Positions 31,438 through 44,344 of a stretch of 64,000 bases of DNA are shown here, piece by piece (positions within the stretch are counted from its first letter, which is position 1; each line of letters begins with the position of its first letter). Origin of the DNA: Eledone cirrhosa. Lineage: Eukaryota. Under the pieces are notes generated by a model, which had not been told where the DNA came from, did no database searches, and worked only from the letters and a program-made list of their open reading frames with translations. The DNA is taken from the NCBI GenBank assembly GCA_964016885.1, contig OZ024754.1, positions 46,128,001 to 46,192,000 of the forward strand. Direction: 5' to 3'. Position numbers and translations under genes: made by a program.

Positions 31438-32539
31438 CTTGTAAGGCACATTATGTTCTGAGTTCAAATCCCACCGAGGTTAGCTTTGCCTTTCATCTCT
31501 ACAGGGTCAATAAAATAAAGTACAAGTAATACATTGGGGTCAATTTAATCAACTTTCCAATCCAATTATTAACCTTGTGCCTAAATCAGAAACCATTATT
31601 TAGAAGTACAGCAGAACCTCACTGTACAAGCCGAGGCTCATGCGAATTTTTGTCTTGTAGTACGAGTTTCATACAATTAATAAAACCAGTTTACATATTT
31701 CTTTTGCATCCTCTTTTATTAGGTTTTTATAATTGTCATTTTCCTTGTAACTGCACCTTTTCTGTTTTAAAACCCATAAAACATTATTTTGGGGTGGATT
31801 TGGACTCAGAATGTAAAGGGCTGTAACTTAATGCCATAAAGCATGTCCAATGCTGATTGGGTTGATGTCAAGAAGGGTATCTGACTAGTAAAACTGCCTC
31901 AGAAAAGTCTCCTCCAACCCATGCTTGTATGGAAAAGCAGACATAACATCGATGATCCTGAAGTGTGTGGCTTATTGCACAACAAAAAGTTGTTACAATT
32001 TATTAAATATTACAAAAATATAATTTTGATTTGGTGACCTCTTCAGAATTATGCAGTGACCCTATTTAGGTGACTACCAACAGGTTGTAAAGTGATGCTA
32101 TATAACTACCAACTATTTAATTTCATTTGCATTCTTGTAATTCCTCCATAAGATGGCGAATTAAGAGAGAGAATGAGACATGGAATGAAAAATTTAATCA
32201 TAGATAGATATATCAAAAGGCAGGAACACCTTTCATCATATATCTGTTTAATGAGTCCAGGCCTCGCACTAAACTGTTTACTATTATACTACTTACAGCA
32301 ACAAACTATGAATTAACTGCTAAGATTTTCAAGCAAACGATATAATTATAATCAACCGTGAGTGCAATAAACTGATGGTGTTACTCTTTAATCGGTCTCC
32401 TTCTATACCACTTCATACCTGTTCAATACTTCTTCATACCAAATAGCATATTTTATATACCAATGTTACTTGTAAATTGAAACTTCTGTATATCATTGAA
32501 TATATTGGCATAAACTTTCAAATTATATCATACACAGCC

Positions 32540-32900
32540 TAAATGGGGGACCCTCAGAAGAGTCTTTGGAGTAACATTACTCGATAAAGTGTTTAGTTCA
32601 GAGATCAGGAAATTGCTCTAGGTAGAGCCACTACTTTTCCAAATTGAGAGATTGCAACTCTGATACTATGGACATGTGGTCAGAATGTCTAAGGAAAGAA
32701 TTGCTGGAGATTTTATGGACAAAACCAACTGGAAGGAGATCCGGAGGCAAACCATGATCCAGATAGCTGGAGAACATTTATAAGCTTAATTAGTCTTGCT
32801 TGGGGATCCAGCTGAGTCAATTAGAGAAGGCTGCTTCTGATAGGCCCCTCAGTAAGGTGTGTTTGAAGATTCTGCCCCCTTGACCTTCCTAGGAAGAAGT
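32540..32900 (+). mobile_element. RTE-like LINE fragment, family B
   Basis: Decayed YYGHVVRMSKERIA..; homologous to 16420-17720. Confidence 0.7.
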
Positions 32901-32956
32901 AACCTATGCTTTAGTGTGCTGTCGACCACATTATCCATAAATTTACTTTGTGAAAT

Positions 32957-33492
32957 GACCTGACCTCTCGACCATGACCATAGCTGTGTAGTGACCTGAC
33001 CTCTCTACCATGACCCAAGCTGTGTAGTGACCCAACCTCTCTACCATGACCCCAGCTGTGTACTGGCCTAACCTCTCTACCGAGACCCCAGCTCTGTAGT
33101 GACCTGATCTCTCTACCATGATCCCAGCTGTGTACCGGTCAGACCTCTCTACTATGACCCCAGCTGTGGACTGACCTGATCTCTCTATCATGACCCAAGC
33201 TGTGTAGTGACCCAACCTCTCTACCATGACCCCAGCTGTGTACTGGCCTAACCTCTCTACCGAGACTCCAGCTCTGTAGTGACCTGATCTCTCTACCATG
33301 ATCCCAGCTGTGTACCGGTCAGACCTCTCTACTATGACCCCAGCTGTGTACTGACCTGACCTCTCTATCATGACCCCAGCTGTGTACTGACCTAACCTCT
33401 CTATCATGACCCCAACTGTGTAGTGACCTAACCTCTCTACCATGACCCCAGCTATGTAGTGACTTGACCTTTCTCCCATGACCCCAGCTGTG
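32957..33492. repeat. 36-bp minisatellite, about 15 copies, with a 180-bp higher-order duplication
   Basis: Unit TGACCTGACCTCTCTACCATGACCCCAGCTGTGTAG; 33001-33180 is nearly identical to 33181-33360. Confidence 0.93.
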
Positions 33493-35118
33493 AAACAATT
33501 GATCCAAGACCGACAACAGCTACAGCAGACATCACCAGTATTATGTAGACAAAGGTTCTATTGTGTTATAAGAATGTGATAAAAACATGGACTCTGCCCT
33601 GTCAGGCAGCTTCTTGCTTCTTTACATACGAACGGGAGAGCCCCTACACTGCTCCACCTTATTAGAAATAGCAACTAAATCTTTCCCGAACCACATTTTG
33701 AAATAAAAAGTGGGGAAGGTCACGTTGGATAATCTAGTGAATCCTACGCCACCAAAAAATGGAATGCTTTTGTTTACAGGTCTTCTACAAGCACCCAACA
33801 CACACAATTGTAATTTTCAGCATCAACAAGAAAACCTAGAGTATTTATATGATCTCTAGATATGCTAGAAATAGCAGCCAAATTTCCCTCAAATCCTGTC
33901 CTACATAAACACGGAGGAATACATTGAATAATGTAGTCCTACATACACTTATTAAATAAAAAATGGGAAGATTACAACTGGAATGACTTCGGGTTCTGTT
34001 TATTCACGGTTAAACATCAATCAACAGTAAATTTAGTCAGCCAAATTAGTCAACAGGTTAAAATGTTCGCCATCAGGAAAACAAAGCAGACATAATCTGC
34101 CTGCTTGAGCTGGCAGTAACTCTTCGGTAATAGTCGGCAAATTACGTAGTGATGAGTGCCCGTTGTCGGTGTAGTTAGGTTTATCTCCCTTAGATTAAAT
34201 TCTCGTTATGGCTGGCTGGTGTAAAACATCTATACGTACCAGCCGCCCCTTGTCTATTGGAAAGGCAACACCATAAACAAACAAGCACCCTGAACGGCGG
34301 CCTTAAATGCAGGCGAAAAACATCACTAGCCAAACAAACATTAACAACCCTAGATATTTTATTGTTGTTGTTAATATATCCAAGAGAAATGTTCTATGAT
34401 TACGCTAATAGTAACAATAATAACAAGATACTGCAGAATTGGAAGTATTTAAGTTAAACACAACAAAATAGACAATACATACACTTATATATTTATATAC
34501 AAAAACGGTATAGCTAAGCATTACTATTGAAGCATTTAATGTTTTAGATTATAATTTCTGGTGTTAACCATTAGATTAATATCCACGCGCAAATACACAT
34601 ATCTAATGATAGCAGTGATGATGAAGTTAAGTTATTAAGGTGCTTCCTGGAAACAGCATTCGAATCTATCCTCTTCGTCTTAAATACCACATATACACGA
34701 TTTTCTGCTTAGTCGTAAGTCGATTTGTTTATATAATTATTGTTGTCTTTTTCTATATTTCATCCACTTGCCACACATACATATATATATATACATACAT
34801 TACATATATACATATCTATTTGTATATATACACACACATCTCTCTCTATATATTTATATATATAAAAATTCAAGTCAATTCATACACATGTTGCTAGATT
34901 TATATCGTACACACTTTCAAACACACGCACTCATAAACATCATACTAGTAATGATACATGTAAACACATACAAATATATATTGTCGTTTCTCTCATATAT
35001 GTATATATAAATGCATCTGTAGAAGTTGGTACACGCATATCTATATTTTTGTATTCTCAGGAACAGCGTATATAACCAAACTACTCCCCCCCTCTCTCTC
35101 TCTTTCTACATTCACACG

Positions 35119-35153
<35 letters not shown>

Positions 35154-35281
35154 CCAGTTCTTGACTGGTGTGGTCGTGCCAATCTATATATATGTTTAGG
35201 ACACCATATATAACTGGCTACTGGTATTTGGCTAACTTCTGAAGAAGAAGAAAGCAGAGCAGCTGGACATCACCTCCGACA

Positions 35282-35377
35282 ATGGATGATACATGGACTT
35301 TACTAATTCTTTCCTTGGCCATGCTGCTTGGATGTTATATTTCGGGTGTCATACCCTTGGCATTCCATTTTACAGAG
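35282..35377 (+). CDS. SLC39A9: ZIP9 exon 1 (MDDTWTLLILSLAMLLGCYISGVIPLAFHFTE)
   Basis: ATG at 35282, 96 nt, donor GAG|GTAAGT; resembles the ZIP9 N-terminus MDD..SLAML.GCY..G.IPL. Confidence 0.95.
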
Positions 35378-35659
35378 GTAAGTGAAAACCTTCGGACACC
35401 CTTTTTCCTCTTTTGTATTGGTATCTTCATTTTTTTTTTTACGCAATATCGTCACCCCAAATCGTTTACTTTGCTTATATGAACTTTTTTTCTTATTTTT
35501 ATTTCCGTCTCTCTTTTATTTTGTCTATTTGTATAAGGATAGAGATCCCATAACTCCTTTTGAAGTCGTAGAGGCATCGTCAAACGGCGTGTATAGGATA
35601 CTTTTAAACCTGGTGGAGCCCAACCCTCTCCAGGTCTGAACACAGCCGATTTTTTCTAT

Positions 35660-35818
35660 AGAGGATGAATCAACCCAGTACTGGACTGGTACTTTTTTAT
35701 CGACACCGAAAGGATGAAAGGCAAATCCTCGGCGGGATTTGAACTCAGAGCGCGTAATGAGGTGGGACGAATACCGTAAAACATTCTATCCGAGGTCTTA
35801 ACGACTCCGCCAATTCGT
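35660..35818 (-). mobile_element. SINE family A in ZIP9 intron 1
   Basis: Shared core and B-box (reverse complement GGATTTGAACTC). Confidence 0.78.
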
Positions 35819-38800
35819 CTTGTATACCTGTATCTTCTTACCCGTGTCTCTGTTGTGTGGTTGGCTATCTCCACACATCCATATAAATCTGTGTATTTTC
35901 TGTGTCAGGCAATCTGTACTGACCTGTAAAATAATAATAATAAATAAATAAAGCGACAACTGAGGTATGATGATGTACCATAAAGAGAAATATCTAATTT
36001 ATTCAAGAGGATCTTTCATGACTTGCCAGAGCACAGCATCACTTTAACGATCTTTATTCGTGTCGGTCCTTTTACCTGCGTATCCAACTTTTCAAACTCC
36101 ACATTTACACCCGTCTTAACTATTCATATTACCACGAACCAACTAAAGGGCCCCTCCCTGGACGAATTACCTGCTAGATAGCAAAGTTAAATCTCCCTCA
36201 ATTCATAAACTATCGTTGTTGTTTTTTAAGGGGGAGGAGAGTTACGTTGCATATGTATATATTGGACCTCCGCCGTTTCCGACGACGAGTGTTCCAGTTG
36301 ATTCAATCGTGAAATTAACGTGTAACTGGCTGAACATTATACAGACACGTGCACACTTAACGTAGTTCTCGGGGAGATTCAGCGTGACACAACGTGGGAC
36401 AAGGCATTACAGGTACAACTCGTTTTATTTTTCAGCTGAGTGAAATGGAGCAACGTGAAATAAAGCGTCTTGCTCAAGGGCACAATGTACCGCCCGGTCC
36501 GGGAAACGAACTCCCTGAACAATAATATGTGCATGTAACCCTAAATATACTATGTCTTAAAAATAAATGGGATGGTCACGATTAGAACGCCTTTAACCAT
36601 AAATCTCGAGCAGAACTGACTGTTGCCTATCTACAATTTGTGCCAACTTTCTGATATGAAATGATTATCGCAAGTTCTTAACCAGACCCTTCTAATTTTC
36701 ATCCTACATAAATATTTTTGCTGGATACACGTGTTTGTGTGTATATATCATCATCTAACGTCTATTTTCCCTGCTAGCAATATATGATGATATCCATTAC
36801 TTACGGCCATGTTCAATACCACCACTCGCTTCATCCTGCAAGGTCCTCTTAGATGACATCTATCCCTCTCTCTACCCTATAGTACTCATTCATTCTCTGT
36901 ATTGGTATCTTGTCACATTGCTCCTGCTGCTCTCTAACTAATTCTCCGACTCACCACACTCACATTATCTTCTCTACCACCCTATCACTGCCCCCCCCCC
37001 TCCACCTCGATTTCACATCCAAATCATACTCTCCCCTCCTATGTTTAATATACAGGACACTTTAGTTTTACTGAGAACATAACAACCTCTTTAATGTTGG
37101 TGCCATGATTGCACCCAGTACACTCTGATGTTCAAATGGAGGCAACAGATAAATTACATCAAAAATCTCGAAGCGAGCATTATATAAAACAATAACATGC
37201 ACTGGGGTTGACGTCATCCATGGCCAGTACACTTATGCCTGAAAATAAGATAAGAGTGTCATAGTTGGAACACCCTTGATCAGGCTTAACCTAATAACAA
37301 ACAATAACATGCACTTGGATCAATGCCCTCAACTATAGTGGTGGAGGTAGTGTCCCAGCATGGCCACAGTCCAATGTCTGAAATCAGTAAAAAGAGAAAA
37401 ACAGAAACAAGATATAAACATTTACTACATATGTCTTTTCTGTCAATGTTATAAACATTACAAGTTATATGTTGCTTGATCCACTCAAACCTAGAAGGAT
37501 TTCTGTCTAATTTCACAACTTGCAATTGTGAACTATTGTTGTATAGCCCTAGGTCAGCTGTTGACCCAGCAAATCTATCAGCAAAAACATTCCAGCCATG
37601 ACCATCTTGACTTTTTCTTTTCAGACAGTATGTCTAGGACTACTATTGTATTTTTGCAGTAAAGGCTTTATTTCACATAATATCGAATTTATGAGATTTT
37701 GACAATGTTATTATTTATTTTGAGAACAATACCTTAACATTGGTTTGCCTGTTTGAAGAGAAAGAGGTGAGAGAATTCTGACCGGATATGGCCAGTTTAA
37801 ATGGTTAAGAGAGTAAGATGTAATCTAAGGGAGATTTGGCTGTTATTTCTAGCAGGTAATGACACTCATGTCAACCCTGGTTAAGTTGACCTATGATCAA
37901 AGGAATTCCAACCATGACCATCCCATATCTTTGTATCGAACTTGGTCAGTGTGTTCTTTTATCACAGAAATTAATATATAGATTTATATATAAACCCAGA
38001 CACCTGTCTACCTGGTGTAACAAAGCAGGCAGTGTAAATATACATTATTTATAAACACATACACCTGTGAACCAGGTGTGATGATGACAAATAGTGTTGC
38101 TGGTAAATCACCAAAGGTTTTTATCAATTTCTCCAGAACCAAGCCATCTCTAATTCATGGCTGTGACAGCAAATCAGTCTGGCAATTGTTTGTGAACGAT
38201 TACTTTATCATTTCATTGGTGTATAGCAAAGTTTCTCAAATTGGGTGCTACCACCCCATGGGGGGCATTGACAAGGTCCGGGGCACGATAAAAATGTATT
38301 ACTTATAAAATAGTATTGTATATATATGATATAATTAAGATTTTATTTATTATAGATTATTTACAATTTGTGAATAGGCAGGTTTCTCTGGAAATAGAGA
38401 TGTTCTGACATAAAATCATGATGGGAGATTTTTAATTAACTATAAACTGTTTAAAATAAAGTTTTATTTCACATAGTTGGTATTAAAATGTTTAAGTAAA
38501 CCTATGACCTACTTTAAGCCAAATATAATTATTACAGTTTTCCTCCTACTGTAGCAAGTATTACAATGAAGAAAATGTATTTAAAAGCAAATAAAATAAC
38601 TTTTGTAACTATTTTATTTCACTTAGATTGCTTATAGCCTAGAGACACATACAAATATTATAAAACTCATTTCTGTTTTCATTCAACTTGATACTAACAC
38701 ACCTGAAACTGCTCCTCATTTTATGATACAAAACTGTTTATTCAAATGTATTTATATTTATATAAAGACAACAAATTGGCTGAGTCATTAGAACATCCGA

Positions 38801-39394
38801 TAAAATACTTTGATGTATTTGTTCCAGCTCTCTGCTCTCTGAGTTTAAATCCTGCCATAGTTAACTTTACCTTTCATCCTTTTGAGGTTGATTTTTTTTT
38901 TTTCTCGATATCTCTTTTTCACTCTCCATCCTTCTCAGGAAGAAATCAGCTGTGTTCAGACCTAGAAAGGAGATGGGCTCTGTCAGGTTTAAAAATACCC
39001 AATAAAAACTGTATGACAATATGGCACCTCTATGACTCCATCAGGAGTTATGGGTTCATACATCTTCTTTGCCCATTTATTCCTGAGGGGGTTGTGGGGG
39101 CAGAGTCCTCAAACACTACCTCCAGCGGATCCTGTCAGAAGCAACCATCTCATACATTCATATTTATATATAAACCTTCCATCCTAATTTTATTTAAGAA
39201 TCTTTAAGTTATGTTCCAAACACCAGTTTAATAACGAGCAAGTTAGTTGTATTACTAAATCTCTCCAAATTCTTGCTTATTCACAAAATTAATTCAAAAT
39301 CACAGGCAGTGTCTTTCATCAGAAATATGGCAGTGAAAGGGCTAAAGCAATTCTTTTAATGTAATGTTTCTACCAAACACCTGTCTTTTGTTAA

Positions 39395-39820
39395 TAGTTT
39401 CTGATTTAGGCACATGGCAAACAATTTTGGAGGAAGAGAAAGTCAATTAAATCAACCCCACCCAGTACATTACTGGTGCTTTATTTTATCAACCTCATAA
39501 GGATGAAAGGCAAAGCTAACCTCAGCGGGATTTGAACTCAGGACACAAAGGGACGTAACTACATCCCACAAAGCATGTCCGACACTCTACCAATTCTGCC
39601 AATCCATTGCCCTTTATATCTGTCTTTTAATAATTGTTTCTACTTTTGGCACAAGGCCAGCAATTACCCCAGTGCATTACTGGTGCTTTATTTTATCGAT
39701 CCCCGTAAGGATGAAAGACAAAGTTAACTTTGGTGGGATTTGAACTCAGACCGTAAAGGGCCGTAACTCTATGCTGCAAAGCATGGCATCTGACTCTCTA
39801 CCGATACTGCTATTATTACC
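39395..39820 (-). mobile_element. Two tandem SINE family A copies
   Basis: Two cores, each with GGGATTTGAACTCAG. Confidence 0.82.
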
Positions 39821-40039
39821 TTATGGGGCATCTGACAAAAAAATGATTTCTGCTCATTAAACTATTAATATCTAAAAGTCAAGTACTTTTTCTTCCCCCC
39901 TCCCTATCTCCTTTAACCAACAAGATGGTGTCTTGTAAAAATAAAACACCTGAAAGAAGGCAATAAGAAATGATCTGTAAAGTCTCCTAGAAGCACTCAT
40001 TGTTTGCCCTGGAAGTCACCATTAGTCAGGAGACATTTG

Positions 40040-40530
40040 TCATCATTATCATCGTTGTTTTTATGTCTGTTTTTCCATGTTTGCATGGGTTGGATGGGTC
40101 CTTCTCTACACATCGCAATTCTTTGTTATTGTCTCTGAGTCTCAGCAATTTGAAGTCAGCTCTCACAACCTCTGACCAGGTCTTTCTTGGTCTACTTTTA
40201 CTGTGCCTTCCTTCCACTAGCATTTCCTGGCACTTTTTCACCCATCGGTAATCATCCATGCACATCACATGTCTGTACTAACACTGTCTTTTCTCCTGCA
40301 CATCACCTTGTATTCCTCTTAAAACCAGTTTCTCCCTCAGTTCATCTAAGCTCTGCCTTTCTCTCACTTTTACATTGTACATCCAACGAAGCATGGCTAC
40401 TTTCTCTCCAGTCTACGCAAGTCTTCTGCAGTCACTACCCTTGTTTCACTACTATGTTGCATTGCACTTTGCACACAGGTGTCATACAGTCGCCTTTTTG
40501 TACATAGGGAGAAACCTTTTGTTGTCAACA
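40040..40530 (-). mobile_element. Decayed RTE-like LINE 3' fragment
   Basis: VKKC..VEG..RPRKTWSEVV..D; degenerate (GAT)n tail. Confidence 0.75.
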
Positions 40531-40977
40531 GTGGGAGTAGCTCTCCTTTATAAACAGATATATGCTTTTAATTCTTAACATCCTATAATTTAACAGAAAA
40601 TATCTAAAAATAAGTTTGTTAATTCAATTGTTTGTAGTATCCTTACTACAGGACAGATTGTTGTGAAAATCTGCAGTATTAAAGACTTTATTTTTAAAGT
40701 GATATAATCATGGGTTTGTTTTGTATTTTTTAAGAATGCCATGCTAATGTGGTTCCATACAGTACATGACACTAAGAGTATATGTTCACTAGTGTTAAAT
40801 ATTTTCTCTCTAAACATAAGATTCTAGTCCTCAACATTTGGGGATTCATTTCAACCTTATGAAAATAATTAGCATATTCCATTGTAAACTTGCCTGCAAT
40901 ATTGATTTTATCTGTGTTTTACCAAGTTTGTGTATCTTGAGTGTTTTCTTACTGCTATGTCTACTGTCTGTAGTAGA

Positions 40978-41203
40978 CACAAGAATTAAAATAACTCCCA
41001 CTTCAATTGCAGACATGACTGGTAGATGTTACATTGTTGTAACAAGAATTAAAATAACTCCCACTTCAATTGCAGACATGACTGGTAGATGTTACATTGT
41101 TGTAACAAGAATTAAAATAAGTCCCACTTCAATTGAAGACATCACTGGTAGATGTTACATTATTGTAACATAAATTAAAATAAGTCCCACTTCAATTGCA
41201 GAC
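40978..41203. repeat. 63-bp tandem repeat, about 3.6 copies
   Basis: Unit ACAAGAATTAAAATAACTCCCACTTCAATTGCAGACATGACTGGTAGATGTTACATTGTTGTA. Confidence 0.92.
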
Positions 41204-41292
41204 TGATTAGATGAAACATGTTAAGCATGAATAGTAAAATAATCATTGTGTGTCCTCTTTCTATTATGGCATGAGTTAGATAGACCTCACCA

Positions 41293-41485
41293 TCACACAG
41301 CATCTTGTCACTGACTTGGGGCACTTTATCATGTCACTAGACCTAGAGGAGAAGTCACACAGCATCTTGTCACTGACTTGGGGCACTTTATCATGTCACT
41401 AGACCTAGAGGAGAAGTCACACAGCATCTTGTCACTGACTTGGGGCACTTTATCATATCACTAGACCTAGAGGAGAGGCCACACA
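41293..41485. repeat. 62-bp tandem repeat, 3 copies
   Basis: TCACACAGCATCTTGTCACTGACTTGGGGCAC...CTAGAGGAGAAG. Confidence 0.92.
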
Positions 41486-41586
41486 GTCACACCCCTCTCT
41501 CAGTACTACATATTTCACAACAAATATACTAAACTATATTAAATATGTAATGTTCTCTAACCAGCTCTCAATACAAGATGGTTCAC

Positions 41587-41872
41587 TAGGACAAAAGTAG
41601 TAAAGGCTGGTCTGAGAAGAAGATGTAGCTCCCATTAGAACAAAGGTTCTGAAGGCTGGTCTAAGATGATGATGTAGCTCCCATTAGGACAAAAGTAGTG
41701 AAGACGGCTAAGATGATGTAGCTCCCATTAGGACAAAAGTAGTGAAGACTGGACTAAGAAGAAGATGTAACTCCCATTAGGACAAAAGTAGTGAAGACAG
41801 GACTAAGATGATGATGTAGCTCCCATTAGGACAAAAATACTGAAGGCTGGTCTAAGATGATGTAGCTCCCAT
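41587..41872. repeat. About 48-bp tandem repeat, about 6 copies
   Basis: TAGGACAAAAGTAGTGAAG..CTAAGATGATGATGTAGCTCCCAT. Confidence 0.88.
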
Positions 41873-42084
41873 ATGTTGGTTAACACAGGATTATGCTAAA
41901 ATGTAGCTTTCCAAGAAACCGGTACAACCTATAACCAGTATATTTAAAACTACAATAGAGTGATGTGGAGGTTAATGTTTATCTAGAGCAGTCACAATTC
42001 ACTAAACACACAGTTCCTCAGTTATAGAAGTGATGGCACATAGGAAATGACAGATTCTGTCATTATATTGATATGGTGATGGTA

Positions 42085-42118
<34 letters not shown>

Positions 42119-42744
42119 AAAATAGGGGGTGCACAAAACAAAGTTGATGGAAAAAACAACAGATAGACACAGTCCCATCTCCTCAGTCAACCTCTGGAAA
42201 TCACTAATATATATATAGTGCAGTAAAATTCCCTCTAACTATCCCCCTCCTTTCTCCGAGTTATGTCATCATCTCTCTCTCTCCCCATCTACTTTTCTCA
42301 GCTCCCTATCTCCTCCCCAACACCATTTCCTTTCTCAGCTTCATGTCTTATGTCACATTATCACAACTTGTTTAAGAGACATAGCTACAATTCCAACATG
42401 TGCACACCATCTGTGTCTGTCTACATGCACAACACTATATATATATAAACACACACATGTACTAAATCATATATATGCACACACACACATGCAGTTTGTG
42501 TGAGTATGTGTTTATATATGTGTGCATCTGTTCTAAATATTTAGATACTTAGGACTGAAAAATATATCTAAACACATGTATGTATATATGCATGTGTAAG
42601 TATGTGTATATGTGTGTGTGTATATGTATATATACATACACATATACAACTGTATGGATGCATGCATGTGTGTGTAGTTGTATGCATGTGTGTGTGTGGT
42701 TGTATGCATGTGTGTGTGTGTATGTGTGGTTGTATGTGTGCATA

Positions 42745-43088
42745 AATAATTGTTTCTACTTTTGGCACAAGGTCAGAAATTACCCAGTGTATTACTGGTA
42801 CTTTATTTTATCAACCCCGTAAGGATGAAAGGCAAAGTTAACCTCAGCAGTTGTTGTCCGACCCTCTACGAATACTGCCAATCCACCGCCCTGTGTGCAT
42901 AAATAATTGTTTCTACTTTTGGCACAAGGCCAGCAAACACCCAGTGTATTACTGGTACTTTATTTTATCGACCCCGTAAGGATGAAAGGCAAAGTTAACC
43001 TTGGCGGGATTTGAACTCAGAATGGCAAGGGCCGTAACTCTATACGTCAAAGCATGGCGTCCGACCCTCTACCAATACTGCCAATCCA
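42745..43088 (-). mobile_element. Two tandem SINE family A copies, the first internally deleted
   Basis: Shared cores; TGTGTGCATAAATAAT repeated at the junctions. Confidence 0.85.
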
Positions 43089-44033
43089 CATAAATAATAT
43101 GCCCATGTATGTGTCATCGTGGTGGTGGTGGTAGTAGTAGCAATGCTGGTGATAGTTGTAGTAGTGGTGGTAGTAGTTGTAGTGGTGGTGGTATTAGTAG
43201 CAATGCTGGTGATAGTTGTAGTAGTAGTAGTATTTTCAATTTGACATCCTATAAACGCTGTGTTTGATCTAGTTTTTTTTTATTTATTTAACACTAGATT
43301 TTGTTTACTTATAAATGTGGAAAGAGTCGGGTGTTCACATCTGTTCCAGCAACAACTTGTTGCTGCTGCTTCTTGGTTCACTTATTCCTGGGAGGGGGTG
43401 GGGGGAAGAGTACTCAAACACTCCTGGGTCCTGTCAGAAGCAACCGTCTCATATATATTTATATGAAATCCTTCCATCATAATTTTATTTAAGAATCTTT
43501 AAGTGGGTCCTCTCGAAAACAACTGTCTCCAACTGATCTGGCTGGACCCCAAGCAGGACCTACTGAGCTCATGGATGTTATCCGTCTTGCTCAGGCATCT
43601 ACCCCTGGGTTGCCTAGGTCACCTGTTGGTTGGTTTTGCTTGTAAAATCTGTTTAGCAATTCTTTTCTGAAACATTCTAACTGCACGCCTGTCAAATTAA
43701 CATGGAAGTGGCTGAGCATTCTACAGACACATTTATCCTTAACATAGTTCTCAGGAAGATTCAACATGACAGTGGTTTACTATGGCCAGTTCTTTGAATT
43801 ACAGATACAACTTTTTTGTTGTTGTTTTTCTGACTGAGTGGACTAGAGCAACATAAAATAAAGTGTATTGCTCAAGGACACAACATGCCACAAGTAATCA
43901 AACTCACAATCTTACAAATGTGAGCTGAACCACTAAGCCATGTATCATCAGGTTAGGTTTAGGGTTAAGGTTACTGTTTAAATACTAGAAGTGAATTGAC
44001 AGGACATTGATATCAGTAGATACATGTGTTTAA

Positions 44034-44202
44034 CCCTTTAATATTTACATTACTCTATATTTACTATTATATTTAATGCGAGGCTTTACCTCACATAATA
44101 TTGAATCTATGAGCATCAGTATGAGCAGCCAGCTACAGCCGGTTTGAAGAGAAAGAGGTGAGAGAATTCTGGCCGGATATGGCCAGTTTAATTGTTAAAG
44201 AG
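44034..44202. mobile_element. piggyBac-type MITE, internally deleted
   Basis: TTAA flanks and family TIRs. Confidence 0.8.
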
Positions 44203-44344
44203 TTAAAGTGATCCACAGCAGTATTTTACCCATCTATGGAGTATTGCTACAACTGGTTATATATTCTGTCTACAGAGATAGTGTTAATGTGTTTCTGGAG
44301 AGAGTTTGGTGTGTAATTTTGTTGTTGTCATTTACTGGTGGTGG

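Noticed and set aside
43950-43975. Interstitial telomeric repeat
   Set aside because: Only one exact TTAGGG among degenerate units.
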